Translations under genes and position numbers: made by a program
Notes under the pieces: generated by a model
What the model was told of the DNA's origin: nothing
The model's database searches: none
The model's input: the letters and a program-made list of their open reading frames with translations, nothing else
Source of the DNA: Octopus sinensis
Lineage: Eukaryota
Assembly (NCBI RefSeq): GCF_006345805.1
Contig: NC_043014.1
Coordinates: 49,166,001-49,230,000 of the forward strand
Length of the DNA: 64,000 nt
Direction: 5' to 3'
In this document: piece by piece, positions 1 to 13,095 of the stretch
Layout: each line of letters starts with the position of its first letter
Numbering within the stretch: position 1 is the first letter of the stretch

Positions 1-51
<51 letters not shown>

Positions 52-399
52 CATACATACATACATTTTATTAACCTTAGCAATTTCACATAAACACACA
101 CACACCCACAGATTCCTCTCAATGACTTCTAATATCATCAATTCACTGGTCAACATATTTCACTACAGATTGACAAATGTATTTTCAAGTGCATCGATGT
201 GTGTAAACTAGGTTGCCAAACAGACATGAAACCTGATACCATTGTTCCAACATTTAGCATAAACTCAATGCAGCCTCACTTGGTTAACATTACTTACAAA
301 CACAAACAAGCCATTCCAATTTGTTCTCCTCTTTCTTATAATATCTCGTTCATGTCTAACCCCTGCCATTTTCCCAATAAATAAAGGAAATTTATTTCA

Positions 400-1790
400 T
401 TTCATAAACTGAAAATATCGGAAAGTTTTCATTAAATATAAATTCGAAAATTTGAAAAGAAATTTAATAGTGATATGGGGTAATTCGGAGAAAGAGTGCT
501 TGTGGCCTGGTTCCGTGGTTTGGCGCCAGGCAGACGGATAAAGCCTTTGTCCTGTCAATTTTTAGAGAAATTAATGAGTTTGGAAAATACCTCAGACCCT
601 TTTCCGGTCAAGCAAAGTTTAAGAAACCACCCTTTAAAATGCGGTGAGCTGTGAGTTTGTTGGTCAGTTCTGTCTGAGACGGTGAGTTGGCAACAGGTGC
701 AGTCGGGAGAGGCTATGACAGGGATGACAGTCATGGCGAGAAAGACAGGCAGATAGCATTGGGGGCATGTAGAGCGAAAGAGAGGGATTACGGCGAAAAG
801 GCATGGCTATTGTAGTAGGAGTTTGTAGCGGTATGTTTTGTTTATGTTAAAATTGTGAACTGTGTTGAAAAGAAAAAGTATTGTGTCAATAAAAGAGAAC
901 TGTGAATTGAGGAAAAGAGGAAGAAAAGAAAGAAAAAAGAACATTGTGTTAAAGAGAAAAAGAAAGAAAGACAATGTTGAACTGTTTCGAACTCTATATT
1001 GCATCAAAACATTAATGTTTTGATTGTTTCCAGACGTTCTGTATTGTGCATGCCTTTTATTGTTTTCTTTTTTTAAATTCTGTTGCAGGTTATTTTCTTT
1101 AATGTATCTGATATGTTTCACGTTTTATTTGATGTTGTAATAATTGTATAAACTGTTGTTAAGCGTTAAGCAATTGCCTTCTGCCGTCTCTCTCTTTTCT
1201 TCCTGTTGTTGTTGTTGTTGTTATCTCCGGTCGCCGGTTCGAGTTCGCTGCCATCCCCCACAACCGTTTTCTCTGTGGCGGATTCCGTTCGACTGAGCCT
1301 GGTGAATCATTGCTCGACTTTGTAGGGTCCCGGGTTCGAGTTGAGCGATGGCAGGTTCGTAACAACAGCATTGTGTCTACAAGATGCCTGTAACAGCATT
1401 GGATTTTCCACAATTGACAATAAAAATTGAAATAAAATAAAAATAAAAGTATACAGTTGTGTTTGATTGTTGTTTTCCTTAAAATTATTCAAAGAAACAG
1501 ATGTATAAGAAGAAAACAATGAAAGATGAAAAAAAAATGGAAATCAGATGAATTTCTGATGAATTTGATCTCATAGGATACGTATAAGGGAAAGTAATGA
1601 GTTGTATGCAGATCTAATATTGAAGAAACAAACCTTCTAGACTCACAAAATACTTAAACTAAAATATAAGTGTCATTATAGTGGTGGTTGGCTGCAGAGT
1701 TTCAAAGTTCGACGTAACTTAATGTTTCGTGTAGTGTATGATGAAAGGTATTCAGTGGACAAGGAAGCAGCCGTAAAGGTATGGAAGAGT
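400..1790 (+). mobile_element. pogo/Tigger (CENP-B-like) transposase relic interrupted by a solo LTR
   Basis: IRKFEKK before the LTR and NSIGFSTIDNK.NKIKIK after it (psq-type HTH). LILKKQ...YSGGWLQSFKVRRNLMFRVVYDERYSVDKEAA resembles the CENP-B HTH motif SxGWLxxFKxR. Many stops. Copies at ~18390-19781, ~34630-36021 and ~62330-63730. Confidence 0.7.
471..1364. mobile_element. Solo LTR (~0.9 kb) with 4-bp TSD
   Basis: TG...CA termini (TGATATG...CGTAACA). Flanked by ATAG on the left and ACAG on the right (perfect ATAG/ATAG in units 2 and 4). Interrupts the pogo reading frame. Confidence 0.75.
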
Positions 1791-1792
1791 AT

Positions 1793-1934
<142 letters not shown>

Positions 1935-2849
1935 AAAAGTATTAAATGAATTATAAATATAATATAAGTAAGAACACTAAGGTACGTTTCATGGCTACAA
2001 TTAAATTTGAATTACAATTAAGTTTAAATTCAATTGAAATAAATTAAAATTAAAATTATAGTCAATCTTCAGGTTAATGATAATAGTTAAATAAATAAGC
2101 AAATAGAGTTAAACAATATTTATTTAAGAAATAAATAAAATAATAATTTTTCTTATAGAAAAAACTCCATTATCAAAATTAGAAACTTAAATCATTAGGA
2201 TTATTTCCTACAACACATTTATTAAGTTAAATATTTATTTTTAGGGTAAAATAAAATAGATAGAAATATGTATTTATCTATGAAGATATAATATAGCTTT
2301 AAAAAAACATAATAAACTCTCGAATATCCTTAACTCAGTTATAGTCCAATATTTAATTACCAAATTATTTAACAAAATAATCACTATTCATATTTTTAAA
2401 TTTAAGTTCACATCTAATAAATATAAAATATTTAAAAATAAGTATCTAAATTATAATCAACAAATATAGTAATTAAAATCTAAAATTTACTCTATCAATA
2501 AATATAAAGACATATAATGAAAAATAAATTAATTAATTAGTCCATTATTACTTACATAAATATTATAAATATCAATATAATGTATTTATGAAATACATTT
2601 AAAAATTAAATTATTTATGTATTGGTTTATGTCTATCACTGTTTGAGTTGCATAATAGTGGTTTTATCTCTAATTCATATTTTATATCTCTATACTGTGA
2701 ACTTTGATTTAATATTAAACTGAATATTTCCCTGTAAGCTTGGAGTTATACTCCCTAATATTATTATTTATATGTATATATAATCAATAATAATAAAGGG
2801 TAAAATTAATTAATTAATTAATTAATAATTAATGATTTTACCAATTAGT

Positions 2850-3102
2850 TATGAACCGCTAAGTTACGGGAATGTAAACACACCACCATCGGTTGTCAAG
2901 CGATGTTGGGAGGACAAACACATACACACACATACATATATATATACATATATACGACGGGCTTCTTTCTGTTTCCGTCTACCAAATCCTGGCCCGAAGC
3001 TATAGTAAAAGACGCTTGCTCAAGGTGCCATGCAGTGGGACTGAACTCAGAACCATGTAGTTCGTAACCAAGCTACTTAACACAAAGCCACACCGACGCC
3101 TA
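2850..3102 (-). mobile_element. tRNA-derived SINE, partial
   Basis: Reverse complement shows A box TGGCTTTGTG and B box GTTCAGTCCC. Copies at ~20803-21022 and ~37070-37322. Confidence 0.8.
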
Positions 3103-3294
3103 TTTAAATAATTTTTTTTTTCTAATTTGATAATATTCGAGGACTTTATATGAATCACTATTTGCTTTCCGTTTCGTTTTTAGTTGTTTCTAGTTTCTAG
3201 GTATTTAATAAACGTATTCAGGTTACTCGTTTATAAATGACATTGGATCTTTTCGGTTTGAACGGCAGTTTTTTAAATTAATTTACACGTAGGA

Positions 3295-3780
<486 letters not shown>

Positions 3781-3799
3781 TAGTATATATATATATATA

Positions 3800-4103
3800 C
3801 TAGCAGTATCGCCTGGCGTTGCTCGGGTTTGTAAGGGAAATAACTATATAAGCATTTTTAGAGAGTTACTTCCCTTATATAACCCGAGCAAAAATCATTA
3901 AAAATGCGGAAAAATGATGGTAAATTTTTTTTTAAATCGTAGACTCATCGTACACGCGCGCTAATACCCAGAAGGGCTCGATATGAATGACGACTATAAG
4001 ATACCCGCTTTTGGTTAAACTGCACCGCAAAATGTGGGAGTAGATAGGAATCTAAATCGGAGGAGACAGAGTCTCACACACACAACTTGAATTTTATATA
4101 GAA

Positions 4104-4106
<3 letters not shown>
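3800..4106 (-). mobile_element. Non-autonomous Helitron A
   Basis: On the minus strand: 5' TC start, 3' CTAG end, subterminal hairpin CCCGAGCAACGCC(A/G)GG, inserted between A and T. Copies at 23779-24082 and ~40106-40412. Confidence 0.8.
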
Positions 4107-4150
<44 letters not shown>

Positions 4151-4294
4151 AATTTAAATTTAAAATAATAAGAGTGAAAAATTGAATATCAATTTGATTT
4201 GTAAGAATTTAAAACCAGTGGTGTAGCATGTAAGACCATAGCGGATCTTCTTCTAGCAGAATGGATGTCCAGTTACTGCCCTCCCTGTTATATA

Positions 4295-5920
4295 ATAGTT
4301 TCAGTATTTAAGTGAAAGTATCTGACATTACAACAGAGAAATGTTTTTCTTTCACTTTTGACACGTAATACTGAAATAGTAGAGAAGATACGATATTGCT
4401 GTTGGCTCGCCCTAGGCAAGAAGTTATTATTTTTTTTTGCTCATGACACCACATGGACCCTAATCAAGTCTAGCAGAATGTATGTCCAGTTACAGTTACA
4501 TAATAGTTTCATTTTAATAGTTTCAATATTAAAGTGAAAGTATCTGACATTACAATAGAGGAATCTTTTCTGTTTGATGGACGGAATTTTCTAGTTAACT
4601 AAACAATTTCAAACTTCGTATACTGGTAGAATGTGTCAAAAGAAAACATTATTGTAAACAAAATTGAAAACAAAATTGTAATTCGTAACTTAAACGTAGT
4701 TTAATTTTACGAATTTTAACTCATGAAATCGCAGCATTCGAGCTCAAATTATTTACTGCGTCTAAAAACTCACACACACACGTCTTATTCATCCTTGTCT
4801 CTTCTGTCTTCTACATGTGCTAGAAATAACAGCTATATCTCATCAATCGATGAATTTCGTCGCCCAATAAAAATATTAACGATATAGTTTTGAATATTTT
4901 CTTTACCTTTTTTTACCATGGTTTTGAAGGGACAGAAACAACAAAAACAAAACAATAATATGCCTAAATCGGTCTCGCGCGTGGAGTGTGAGTAGTATTG
5001 TAAAAATTTGCGAAATATTTTTTCATAAAAGGATGCCCCAGCTTGTCGGAAGCTGTGATATAAATTGGGAAAAAAATCCTCGACACCAGTGCGTAATTGG
5101 TACTTAATTTATCGACCCCGAAACGATGAAACATTGACCCCTTCCCTTCTGGTTTATTTACCTTTTGTGCAAATTTGTTGCGGCAAGTGGCAAAACACGA
5201 TCGTGTATGTGTGCGTATGTGTGAGTACGTATATGTCCGTTTGTATGTGTGTGTACGCTTATATATTAATTACTATGTGCTTGTGCAAATGTATATGCAT
5301 GTGTTTGAGAGAGAGAGAGAGAGAATGTGTGTGTGTGTCGTGCGTCTGCTATATTTTTTATCAATATCGATAACGCAGCAATGCTGGGATTTCATTGGTT
5401 AAAATTCGAAGATGTTGGGATTTCATTGGTTAAAATTCGTAAAATTAAACTACGTTTAAGTTACAAATTACAATTTTGTTTACAATAATGTTTTCTTTTG
5501 ACACATTCTACCAGTATACGAAGTTTCAAATTGTTTAGTTAACTAGAAAATTCATCCATCAAACAGAAAAGATCCCAATAGAGAGATGTTTTACTTTCAC
5601 TTTTGACACGTAATACCGGTTAAACCAGTATTCGAGTAGGTCAATGCGGAAGTAAAATGTTTTTACAGAAGTCTTTCACTTTTACTCATTTAGTTGGTGA
5701 CATTAACGGGCGTTGATATTATTATCTGAGATTCCCAAAACAGTTTTTATTATTTCTTAATTATTTTACTTCTCCAATCTCGACTGTTTTACTTTATTAA
5801 TCCCTTCACAACTTCCAGCATTCCAATAGGACCTGGTTTCCAGAGAGGAACACTTGCACAAAAAGTGACACACTCTCTCTGTATATAATATTCGTTGCCA
5901 TATATTTACCCTTCTGAGAA
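4295..5920 (+). promoter_or_regulatory. Cluster of IRF-E/ISRE-like motifs and one GAS-like site upstream of the start exon (split by a transposon at 4561-5575)
   Basis: AAGTGAAAGT at 4310 and 4532; (A)CTTTCACTTTT at 4349, 5593 and 5673; AGTTTCATTTT at ~4505; CGGAAGT at ~5647; TTCTGAGAA at 5912. Confidence 0.4.
4561..5575. mobile_element. Non-autonomous long-TIR (foldback-like) DNA transposon, 8-bp TSD CAATAGAG
   Basis: About 180-bp inverted arms (G(G/A)ATCTTTTCTGTTTG...CAAACAGAAAAGATCC). CAATAGAG at 4553-4560 and 5576-5583. A paralogous empty site is visible at ~4325-4370. Copies at 24520-25498, 40866-41848 and 46487-47465. Confidence 0.8.
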
Positions 5921-6097
5921 GCTTGGATAGAGATTGGATATAGATATTGACTGTTATTATTCATTATATCATTTCTACAAATTGACCTTTCTTCATTTCA
6001 CGAATACAACAGAAAGCATAATTTCACAAAAAGAAAACGTACAAATTTTGTTGTCCAAAGAAAATTTGCCTTTTTATACACACACAGCTATAAAGGA

Positions 6098-6148
6098 ATG
6101 GCTGAAGAAATGCAGAAAATAACTGGGGAAATGCAGGAAATTCTACTG
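6098..6148 (+). CDS. Putative first coding exon of TPR gene, unit 1 (MAEEMQKITGEMQEILL)
   Basis: ATG in context GGAATGG, 17 open codons, canonical donor CTG|GTGAGT in phase 0, matching the phase-0 acceptor at 14680. Confidence 0.7.
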
Positions 6149-6187
6149 GTGAGTATATCAATACATACACTCGCTTGAACAAATGTA

Positions 6188-6528
6188 CACTCTTTACTCT
6201 CTCTTTTACTTGTTTCAGTCATTTGACTGCGGCCATGCTGGAGCACCGCCTTTAATCGAGCAACTCGACCCCGGGACTTATTCTTTTGTAAGCCCAGTAC
6301 TTATTCTATCGGTCTCTTTTGCCGAACCGCTAGGTAACGGGGACATCGGTTGTCATGCACACACACTCAAACATATACATATATACGACGGGCTTCTTTC
6401 AGTTTCCGTCTACCAAATCACAAGGCTATAGTAGAAGACACTTGCCCAAGATGCCATGCAGTGGGACTGAACCCGGAGCCATGTGGTTGGTAAGCATGCT
6501 ACTTACCACACAGCCACTCCAGCGCCTA
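6188..6528 (-). mobile_element. tRNA-derived SINE in intron 1
   Basis: Same family. Copies at ~42459-42797, ~48078-48417, and a split copy at 53183-54322. Confidence 0.85.
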
Positions 6529-6540
6529 TATATATATATA

Positions 6541-9500
6541 TCGTCCCAGATGCGATAACACGTGTTCTGCGTAACTTATCAAGTCTGACAACTTCCGACA
6601 GTGTACAAAAGCGTGCTGGACGGTTTCATCGTCCAACCGCATCTTGGACAAGTCGGTGGCACTGAAATTCCGTGCCGCGATAACTTCTCGCGAACAGGTA
6701 AAGCATTCCTATAACACTGCCAGGCCAGGGATCTTTGGAAATTATCCAAATACCCCGTCCTGAAAGTCTTTTTAAACAGGTTGGTAAGCTGGTCTTCGTC
6801 AAACCCCAGAGCCCCTCCTAGGACGTCGTCGTTCTTTGCCTCTACCAGCCTGCTATAAAATACCGAGGTGGTATTTCCGCAGCCGGCCTTGCCCGCCTTG
6901 TGGATCAGCGTGAGTGCCTGTCGGCACTCCTTTTGCCATAAAGTCAGATTCCGTCTTTTGATGCGACCGGGTTTAAAATTCACTAAGGAAGCCGGTCTCG
7001 GGAAAAATTCCCCTGCCAGCGGACTCCACACTTATCACCCTCCAGGTGGTGCCAGAGATGCTTCAGCCTCAACGCATGCCTGCGCATCATCAACCAAGGC
7101 ATTCCTAACCCACCCTTTAACGGTTCCTGGCAGCAAACGGAGCGCCTCACAAGTGGCTTTCCTCCCTTCCACAAAAAGCGGAAAAGGATTCGCTCCAACT
7201 TGCTAAGCCATGAATCGGGGCAAGGGACAGCGGTCAGGCGGTAAGTGATTACAGATGCAATGAACATCTGCTCCACCTCCGCCCTTCCTTTCAAGGACAG
7301 AGACCTTCCGGACCAGGTCCGTACTATGGCCTCCACCTTGTTCGTCACCTCACTCCAATTCCTCTCCGTTTGGGAGTCTGACCCAAACCAAACTCCTAGC
7401 AACTTAACACTGGACGATATCGACTTGCTCCTCCAGGTGCCGAGGCGCAAGCCAACCGACTTGTCCTTGTTAACCCTTGCTCCTGCCACCGCCTCGTATC
7501 CTCTGATAGCATCTTCTACACAAGGTAGCTGGGCCTCATTGGACACGATGAGGGTGACGTCATCCGCATAAGCAGTAACCGTCCTCCCACCTCCGATCTC
7601 ATCCGGGTTACTTCCCAGCCTCTCCAACTTTCGCAGCAATGGCTCGAGAGCCAACACGTATAAAAGTGGTGACAAGAGGCACCCTTGACGAACTGAACAT
7701 TCGATCGAAAACGGTTCCGTTAGGTATCCGTTTATCTGGACGGTGGACTTGATGCCGTTATACATAGCGGAGATCCAACCGCGAAATTCAGGGCCCAGTC
7801 CAGCCGCTTCGAGGACCGTCGCCAGGTACTTATGGTCTACCCTATCGAACGCTTTACTTTGGTCTAAATGGACCATTACCCCGCCCTTGCCGGTTAATTT
7901 ACCCACCCTATCTAAGGTGTAGCGTATAAGGTGAATATTGTCCTGGATCGACCTGCCTGGAATTGCACATGTCTGTGCTTTCCCTACAAGTTTCTCCACG
8001 ACAATCGTCAACCTTTTTGCCAACACCTTGGCCAAAATCTTTAACTCTACATTAAGTAGAGTTATGGGCCTGTAATTACTAATGTTATCCCCCTTGCTCG
8101 GGTCTTTCTGGATTAGCGTCACCACTCCCTGGCTTACAGAACTGGGAATTCTCCCATTCTGCTGCCAGTTCGCGTAGACGCTTGCCATTATTCCCCCGAA
8201 CAAGTCCGGCATACTTTGGTAAAACTCGTAGGGCAGACCATCCAACCCCGGCGACTTCTCCCCGGCGCATCCAGCCAGTATCCCCTCTATCTCCGCGGGA
8301 GTGATCGCTCCTTCACAGCACTCCACCTCACGCCCCGAGAGCCGCGGTCCGCCGGCTAGGAAGTCCTTTAAGGCCCTCCCCCGTTCCGGCGCCACACCAC
8401 CCCCGAACACGCGGGCGAAATGATGGTGAAGAAACTTTTGCATCTCCTCCGGTCCATAGATCTTTTGTCCCTGTTCGTCAGTTAAAGACTTGATTGAAGC
8501 TTTGTTACCTCTCTGACTCTCCACTCGACGGGCCCATCCGGCAACGTTAATACCTTCTCGTTTCCCAGCGCGTAGCTTAGCTCTGACTCTGCAACCTTCG
8601 TGTTTGGAGTTAAGGTGACGGTACAATACCGTCCTTGCCGCCATCACTCCGGATGCAGAGCCAGCTTCCATTGCCTCGTTTAGATTCTTAACTAAATTGT
8701 CCTCTATCCTAGACCTATCTAACCTTAGCTGATTGCTAAATCTAATGGACTCTGAACGAATGGCTCTTTTGAGGGAGTGCCACCATCTATTGTTAATGAT
8801 GGTGCCACACAATGCCCTCTGTACTAACACCTTAATCCGGGTACGGAAGTCTTCACAATTCAAAATAGACTTGTTCAGCTTCCAGTACCCGGGTCCCTGT
8901 CTATGGCACTTATCTAATTGCACCCTACAAGTCACAAATTTGTGATCCGTGTAAGGCACAATGTGAAACTGTGGACAACTAAACGTATCCTTATCTCTTT
9001 TCCTAACGAATATCCGATCTATATACGATGTGTGAGCCGTCGTTGTTACTCCACGTCCACTGTTAACGGTCCACTAGATCAAAGCTCTCTAGTAGACCCT
9101 TGAGGCTAGGTTTCCCCTTCCTATTGGTTGAGCCAACACTGTCGACCCGCGCTTCAAGGACAGTGTTAAAGTCCCCTACTAAGACTACCGTTTTCGACGT
9201 CGCTAAAAAGGGCTCCAGATTCCGAAAAAAACCCGCCTGCCTACACTCATTCGGAGCGTAGACAGCTACCAACCTGAAGGACTGTTTACTTACGTGGGTC
9301 ACATCCAGAACGACCAGCCTGCCTTCTGGGTCCAGAAAGACAGTACTTACCTGCAAGTCCAAGCTCTTCCTGATAAGGACTGCCACGCCTCTTCCTCTTC
9401 CTCGGCTAGGAGAAATAAATTTCTCAAAACCATTTAGAAGAGGCGAGAACGCTTGGGCCCCGTTCATCTTGGACTCGGTTACAATAGCTACATCCACTCC

Positions 9501-10143
9501 GTGTGTCGTGAGGTCGTTCAGGAAATAAATTTGTTTCCATTTCGACCCCATTCCACGCACATTTACGCAACCCAGCTTTGCCATTGTCGGTGAGAGAAAA
9601 AATAAACAAACTTACGGTTGGGACAGGGAGCATGGCAGTTTAAATCTGCCTGCTTCCCCTTCTTCCTCCCTTGTGGTCGTAGCTGCAGGGCTCTTAACCG
9701 GCGTTGCCATCGGGCTCTGGGTAGGTGTGGTTGCCGGGGTTATAATAAGTTTACCCTCCAGTATTTCCTTTGTTACATCTCTTATAAGATTATTCTTTAA
9801 ATGTTCTTGTAGTGTTTTTTCCTTCCACTCGTCTTCCTTTATTTTTGCGAAGCGAGTGGTTGATTTTGTGTCTGTAGACTTACTGAATAGTTTAACTTTT
9901 GAAAATTTGAAATATTTGTACACCCTATCGTTCTTCTCGTCAAATGCTATAATCTTATCATTTTTTTTAAACAATTTTTTCAAATCTTGTTTTATGGGGA
10001 GGGGCTTGGCGAACTGTGTTCCAATGAATATAGTGCCGTGGGGGTAGGGCTGGGGAATTTGTTTTGTATGTATGTCTGCGGTGTTTGCTGATTTTTTCTT
10101 TGTTTGGGGAGGGGAGTCCAGGGTGTTATCTTTTTTTCTTTTT
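6541..10143 (-). mobile_element. Tx1/L1-clade non-LTR retrotransposon, truncated and frameshifted (ORF1 C-terminus, APE endonuclease, RT, zinc finger)
   Basis: APE: CVNVRG, VAVYAPN, VGDFN, TDHK. Linker GPGYWKLN. RT: KSPGLDGLP, NYRPITLLN, LDQSKAFDRV, VRQGC, YADD. C-terminal CPRCG. Confidence 0.92.
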
Positions 10144-11250
10144 CAAATTGTTTAGTTAACTAGAAAATTCCGTCCACCAAACAGAAAAGATCCCAATGGA
10201 GAGATGTTTTACTTTCACTTTTGACATGTGATATCGATTCACCAGTATTCGAGTAGGTCAATGCGGAAGTAAAATGTTTTTACAGAAGTCTTTCACATTT
10301 ACTCATTTAGTTGGTGACATTAACGGGCGTTGATATTATTATCTGAGATTCCCAAAACAGTTTTTATTATTTCTTAATTATTTTCCCTCTTCAATCTCGA
10401 CTATTTTACTTTATTAATCCCTTCACAACTTCCAGCATTCCAATAGGACCTGGTTTCCAGAGAGGAACACTTGCACAAAAAGTGACACTCTCTCTGTATA
10501 TAATATTCGTTGCCATATATTTACCATTCTGAGAAGCTTGGATAGAGATTGGTTACAAATTTAAGTTACAAATTACAATTTTGTTTACAATAATGTTTTC
10601 TTTTGACACATTCTACCAGTATACGAAGTTTGAAATTGTTTAGTTAACTAGAAAATTCCGCCCACCAAACAGAAAAGATCCCAATAGAGAGATGTTTTAC
10701 TTTCACTTTTGACACGTAATACCGGTTAAACCAGAATTCGAGTAGGTCAATGCGGATATCACATGCTTTCAGAGAATTCTTTCACTTTTACTCATTTAGT
10801 TGGTGACATTAACGGGCGTTGATATTATTATCTGAGATTCCCAAAACAGTTTTTATTATTTCTTAATTATTTTCCTCTTCAATCATTGGTTAAAATTCGT
10901 AAAATTAAACTACGTTTAAGTTACAAATTACAATTTTGTTTACAATAATGTTTTCTTTTGACACATTCTACCAGTATACGAAGTTTGAAATTGTTTAGTT
11001 AACTAGAAAATTCCGTCCACCAAACAGAAAAGATCCCAATGGAGAGATGTTTTACTTTCACTTTTGACATGTGATATCGATTCACCAGTATTCGAGTAGG
11101 TCAATGCGGAAGTAAAATGTTTTTACAGAAGTCTTTCACATTTACTCATTTAGTTGGTGACATTAACGGGCGTTGATATTATTATCTGAGATTCCCAAAA
11201 CAGTTTTTATTATTTCTTAATTATTTTACTTCTCCAATCTCGACTGTTTT
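10143..11250 (+). repeat. About three tandem/partial copies of the same TIR+flank unit
   Basis: AACTAGAAAATTCCG..CACCAAACAGAAAAGATCCCAAT recurs at ~10158, ~10646 and ~11001. Confidence 0.85.
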
Positions 11251-11776
11251 AGAATTTTAGAATTTTATCGTAACACAACCATAATAAGAGAAGAATAACC
11301 GATTCTAGATTTGGTAGCGTAGCATCATCTAGTTATTAGCTTTCGAAAATGTTGTGGGGAAAATGAATTCCATTGTTTATTTAAATGGTTTTTCAGTTTC
11401 ATTAAACACACATACACAAATGTATATACACTCTCACACGTTCTCCAGAGTCTACAGTGGGGTATACATACTCACGCACGCACACAGTCGAGTAATGGTA
11501 AAGGGTGTGCGTGTGCACACGCACACACGCAGAGTCAGAAACGCACGCACACACTTGATCGGGCGTGCGCACACAAAAACACACTCTCACAGAGAATGTC
11601 TTCAATCTTATGCATTCTCAACTTGCCAAATACTTCTTACGTAGAATGTTTCCACAATAGAAAAGTTTCAAATTTTCTAAATAACCGATCCAATTTCTTT
11701 TCGAACCTATGATAAATTTGATAACCTGATATTATCCAAGCAATTACCCAAGCTACTAGAGGTCAAAAACTCCCTG

Positions 11777-12197
11777 GGATCTTTTCGGTTTGAACGGCAG
11801 TTTTTAACATAATTTCTAGGTAACTAAAAAAATTTAAACTTCGTATACTGGTAGAATGTGTTTATAAAACATCTTTTTCTCTTGGCTTTATTGAGAAAAT
11901 TCTATAGTTTGTAAGATATTTGTTGTTTTTTTTCTTCAATTTCTGCAATTTCAACCAATCAGTGACGTCTATTGAGTTAAAAAGCATTGTGTGCCGTATG
12001 AATATGTCCCTCGTTTAAGAAACAGATTGGGTTTATTTACATTTGTGAAGAAAAAAAAGATACCCTTCAACCACCCCTAACTAACCCTAACCCTAAAACA
12101 GATTGAAATGCAATAGATCGATACTAGGGTCATAATTTTGGGTGACAATTTCATATGAAACCGCTAGAAAAAACTGCCGTTCAAACCGAAGAGATCC
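11777..12197. mobile_element. MITE with TIR GGATCTTTTCGGTTTGAACGGCAGTTTTT and internal CCCTAA repeats
   Basis: About 29-bp TIRs at both ends. Copies at 28027-28447 and 55482-55902. Confidence 0.8.
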
Positions 12198-12493
12198 CAA
12201 GCTGCTGCTAGTCTTATGACCGCTACAACAGCAATCAAAAAGATTCATCTTCTGTCGTGTTTTCGTGAGAAAAAAAAAAGAACATCGAAGGGGAATAAAT
12301 CTTTTATGGTTTGTGTATGATAGTTAAGGAAAGGTTGCCATGATTAATAAAACACGGGAGACAATATATACGTGTGTTCCACAGAGTAATTTTCCTTGAA
12401 ATGAAATTGTAAACTTCCTTTTCTCTGTATTAAAATCGAGGGCAGCGTTTATATCTCTAAGTTTTTAGTATAGTGATGCAATTTTATAGAAGA

Positions 12494-12865
12494 CTAGCAG
12501 TATAACCCGGCGTTGCTCGGGTTTCTTTCGACCCTTTAGGATTGGAATTTTTGAAAGCTACAAATTTTGCATTATGTAGCTTGTTATTCTCTGAACATTT
12601 TTCTGGTAGAAATACACTGAGAAATGGCGACAGAGCAGTAAAAAAAAATCGTCAAAATTAGGGATTTTCATAGAAAAAAAGCACCTTTTTGATGTTAACA
12701 TGCTCCGATTTGAATTTTTTCTTCTACGGAAGGAAGAGCAAGCCTTCTTCTATCATACTCTCAATTTTGGTCAACTTGTGCCGCAGGGTCTCAGAGGAGA
12801 TAGTGTCAGTTGAAGGCTACCAAACCTGCCATACACAGACAACTTCAGCTTTATATAGAGAGAGA
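12494..12865 (-). mobile_element. Non-autonomous Helitron B
   Basis: A|TC...CCCGAGCAACGCCGGG...CTAG|T. Copies at 28745-29116 and 56200-56570. Confidence 0.8.
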
Positions 12866-13095
12866 TTAATTGTACAGAAATATATAATTTCGCTGCTTTT
12901 CGGAGACGCGCGCACACACACACACACATGTATGTATATATGAATATGTATAAATGTGTAGGTGCGAGTGTATGTGTGCGTGTATATGTGTGTGTTATAT
13001 ACTTATAGGCGTAGTTGTGAGGTATAAAAGTTGTTTCTCAACCCTGTGCTACTGGGTTCGGTTTCAATGTGCGGCGATTTCAGTTTCTGCCTACA

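Noticed and set aside
199-384. 61-aa ORF repeated in several units
   Set aside because: It recurs only because of the segmental duplication, is frameshifted in unit 3 and has no motif.
1960-2850. Ciliate-code (TAA/TAG=Gln) ORF in the AT-rich block
   Set aside because: Scarcity of TGA is expected at this base composition, and the translation shows no recognisable motif.
6983-8959. RT next to a TPR/TIR gene as a retron- or DGR-like diversification system
   Set aside because: The RT is a standard APE-type LINE ORF2, is absent from unit 2, and I see no template/variable repeat pair or adenine-specific mutation pattern.
6868-10047. Plus-strand ORFs overlapping the LINE (e.g. 7245-7571 and the hydrophobic 9673-10047)
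   Set aside because: Antisense shadows of the retrotransposon ORFs.
12073-12095. Telomere or interstitial telomeric array
   Set aside because: Only 2-3 CCCTAA units, located inside a MITE.
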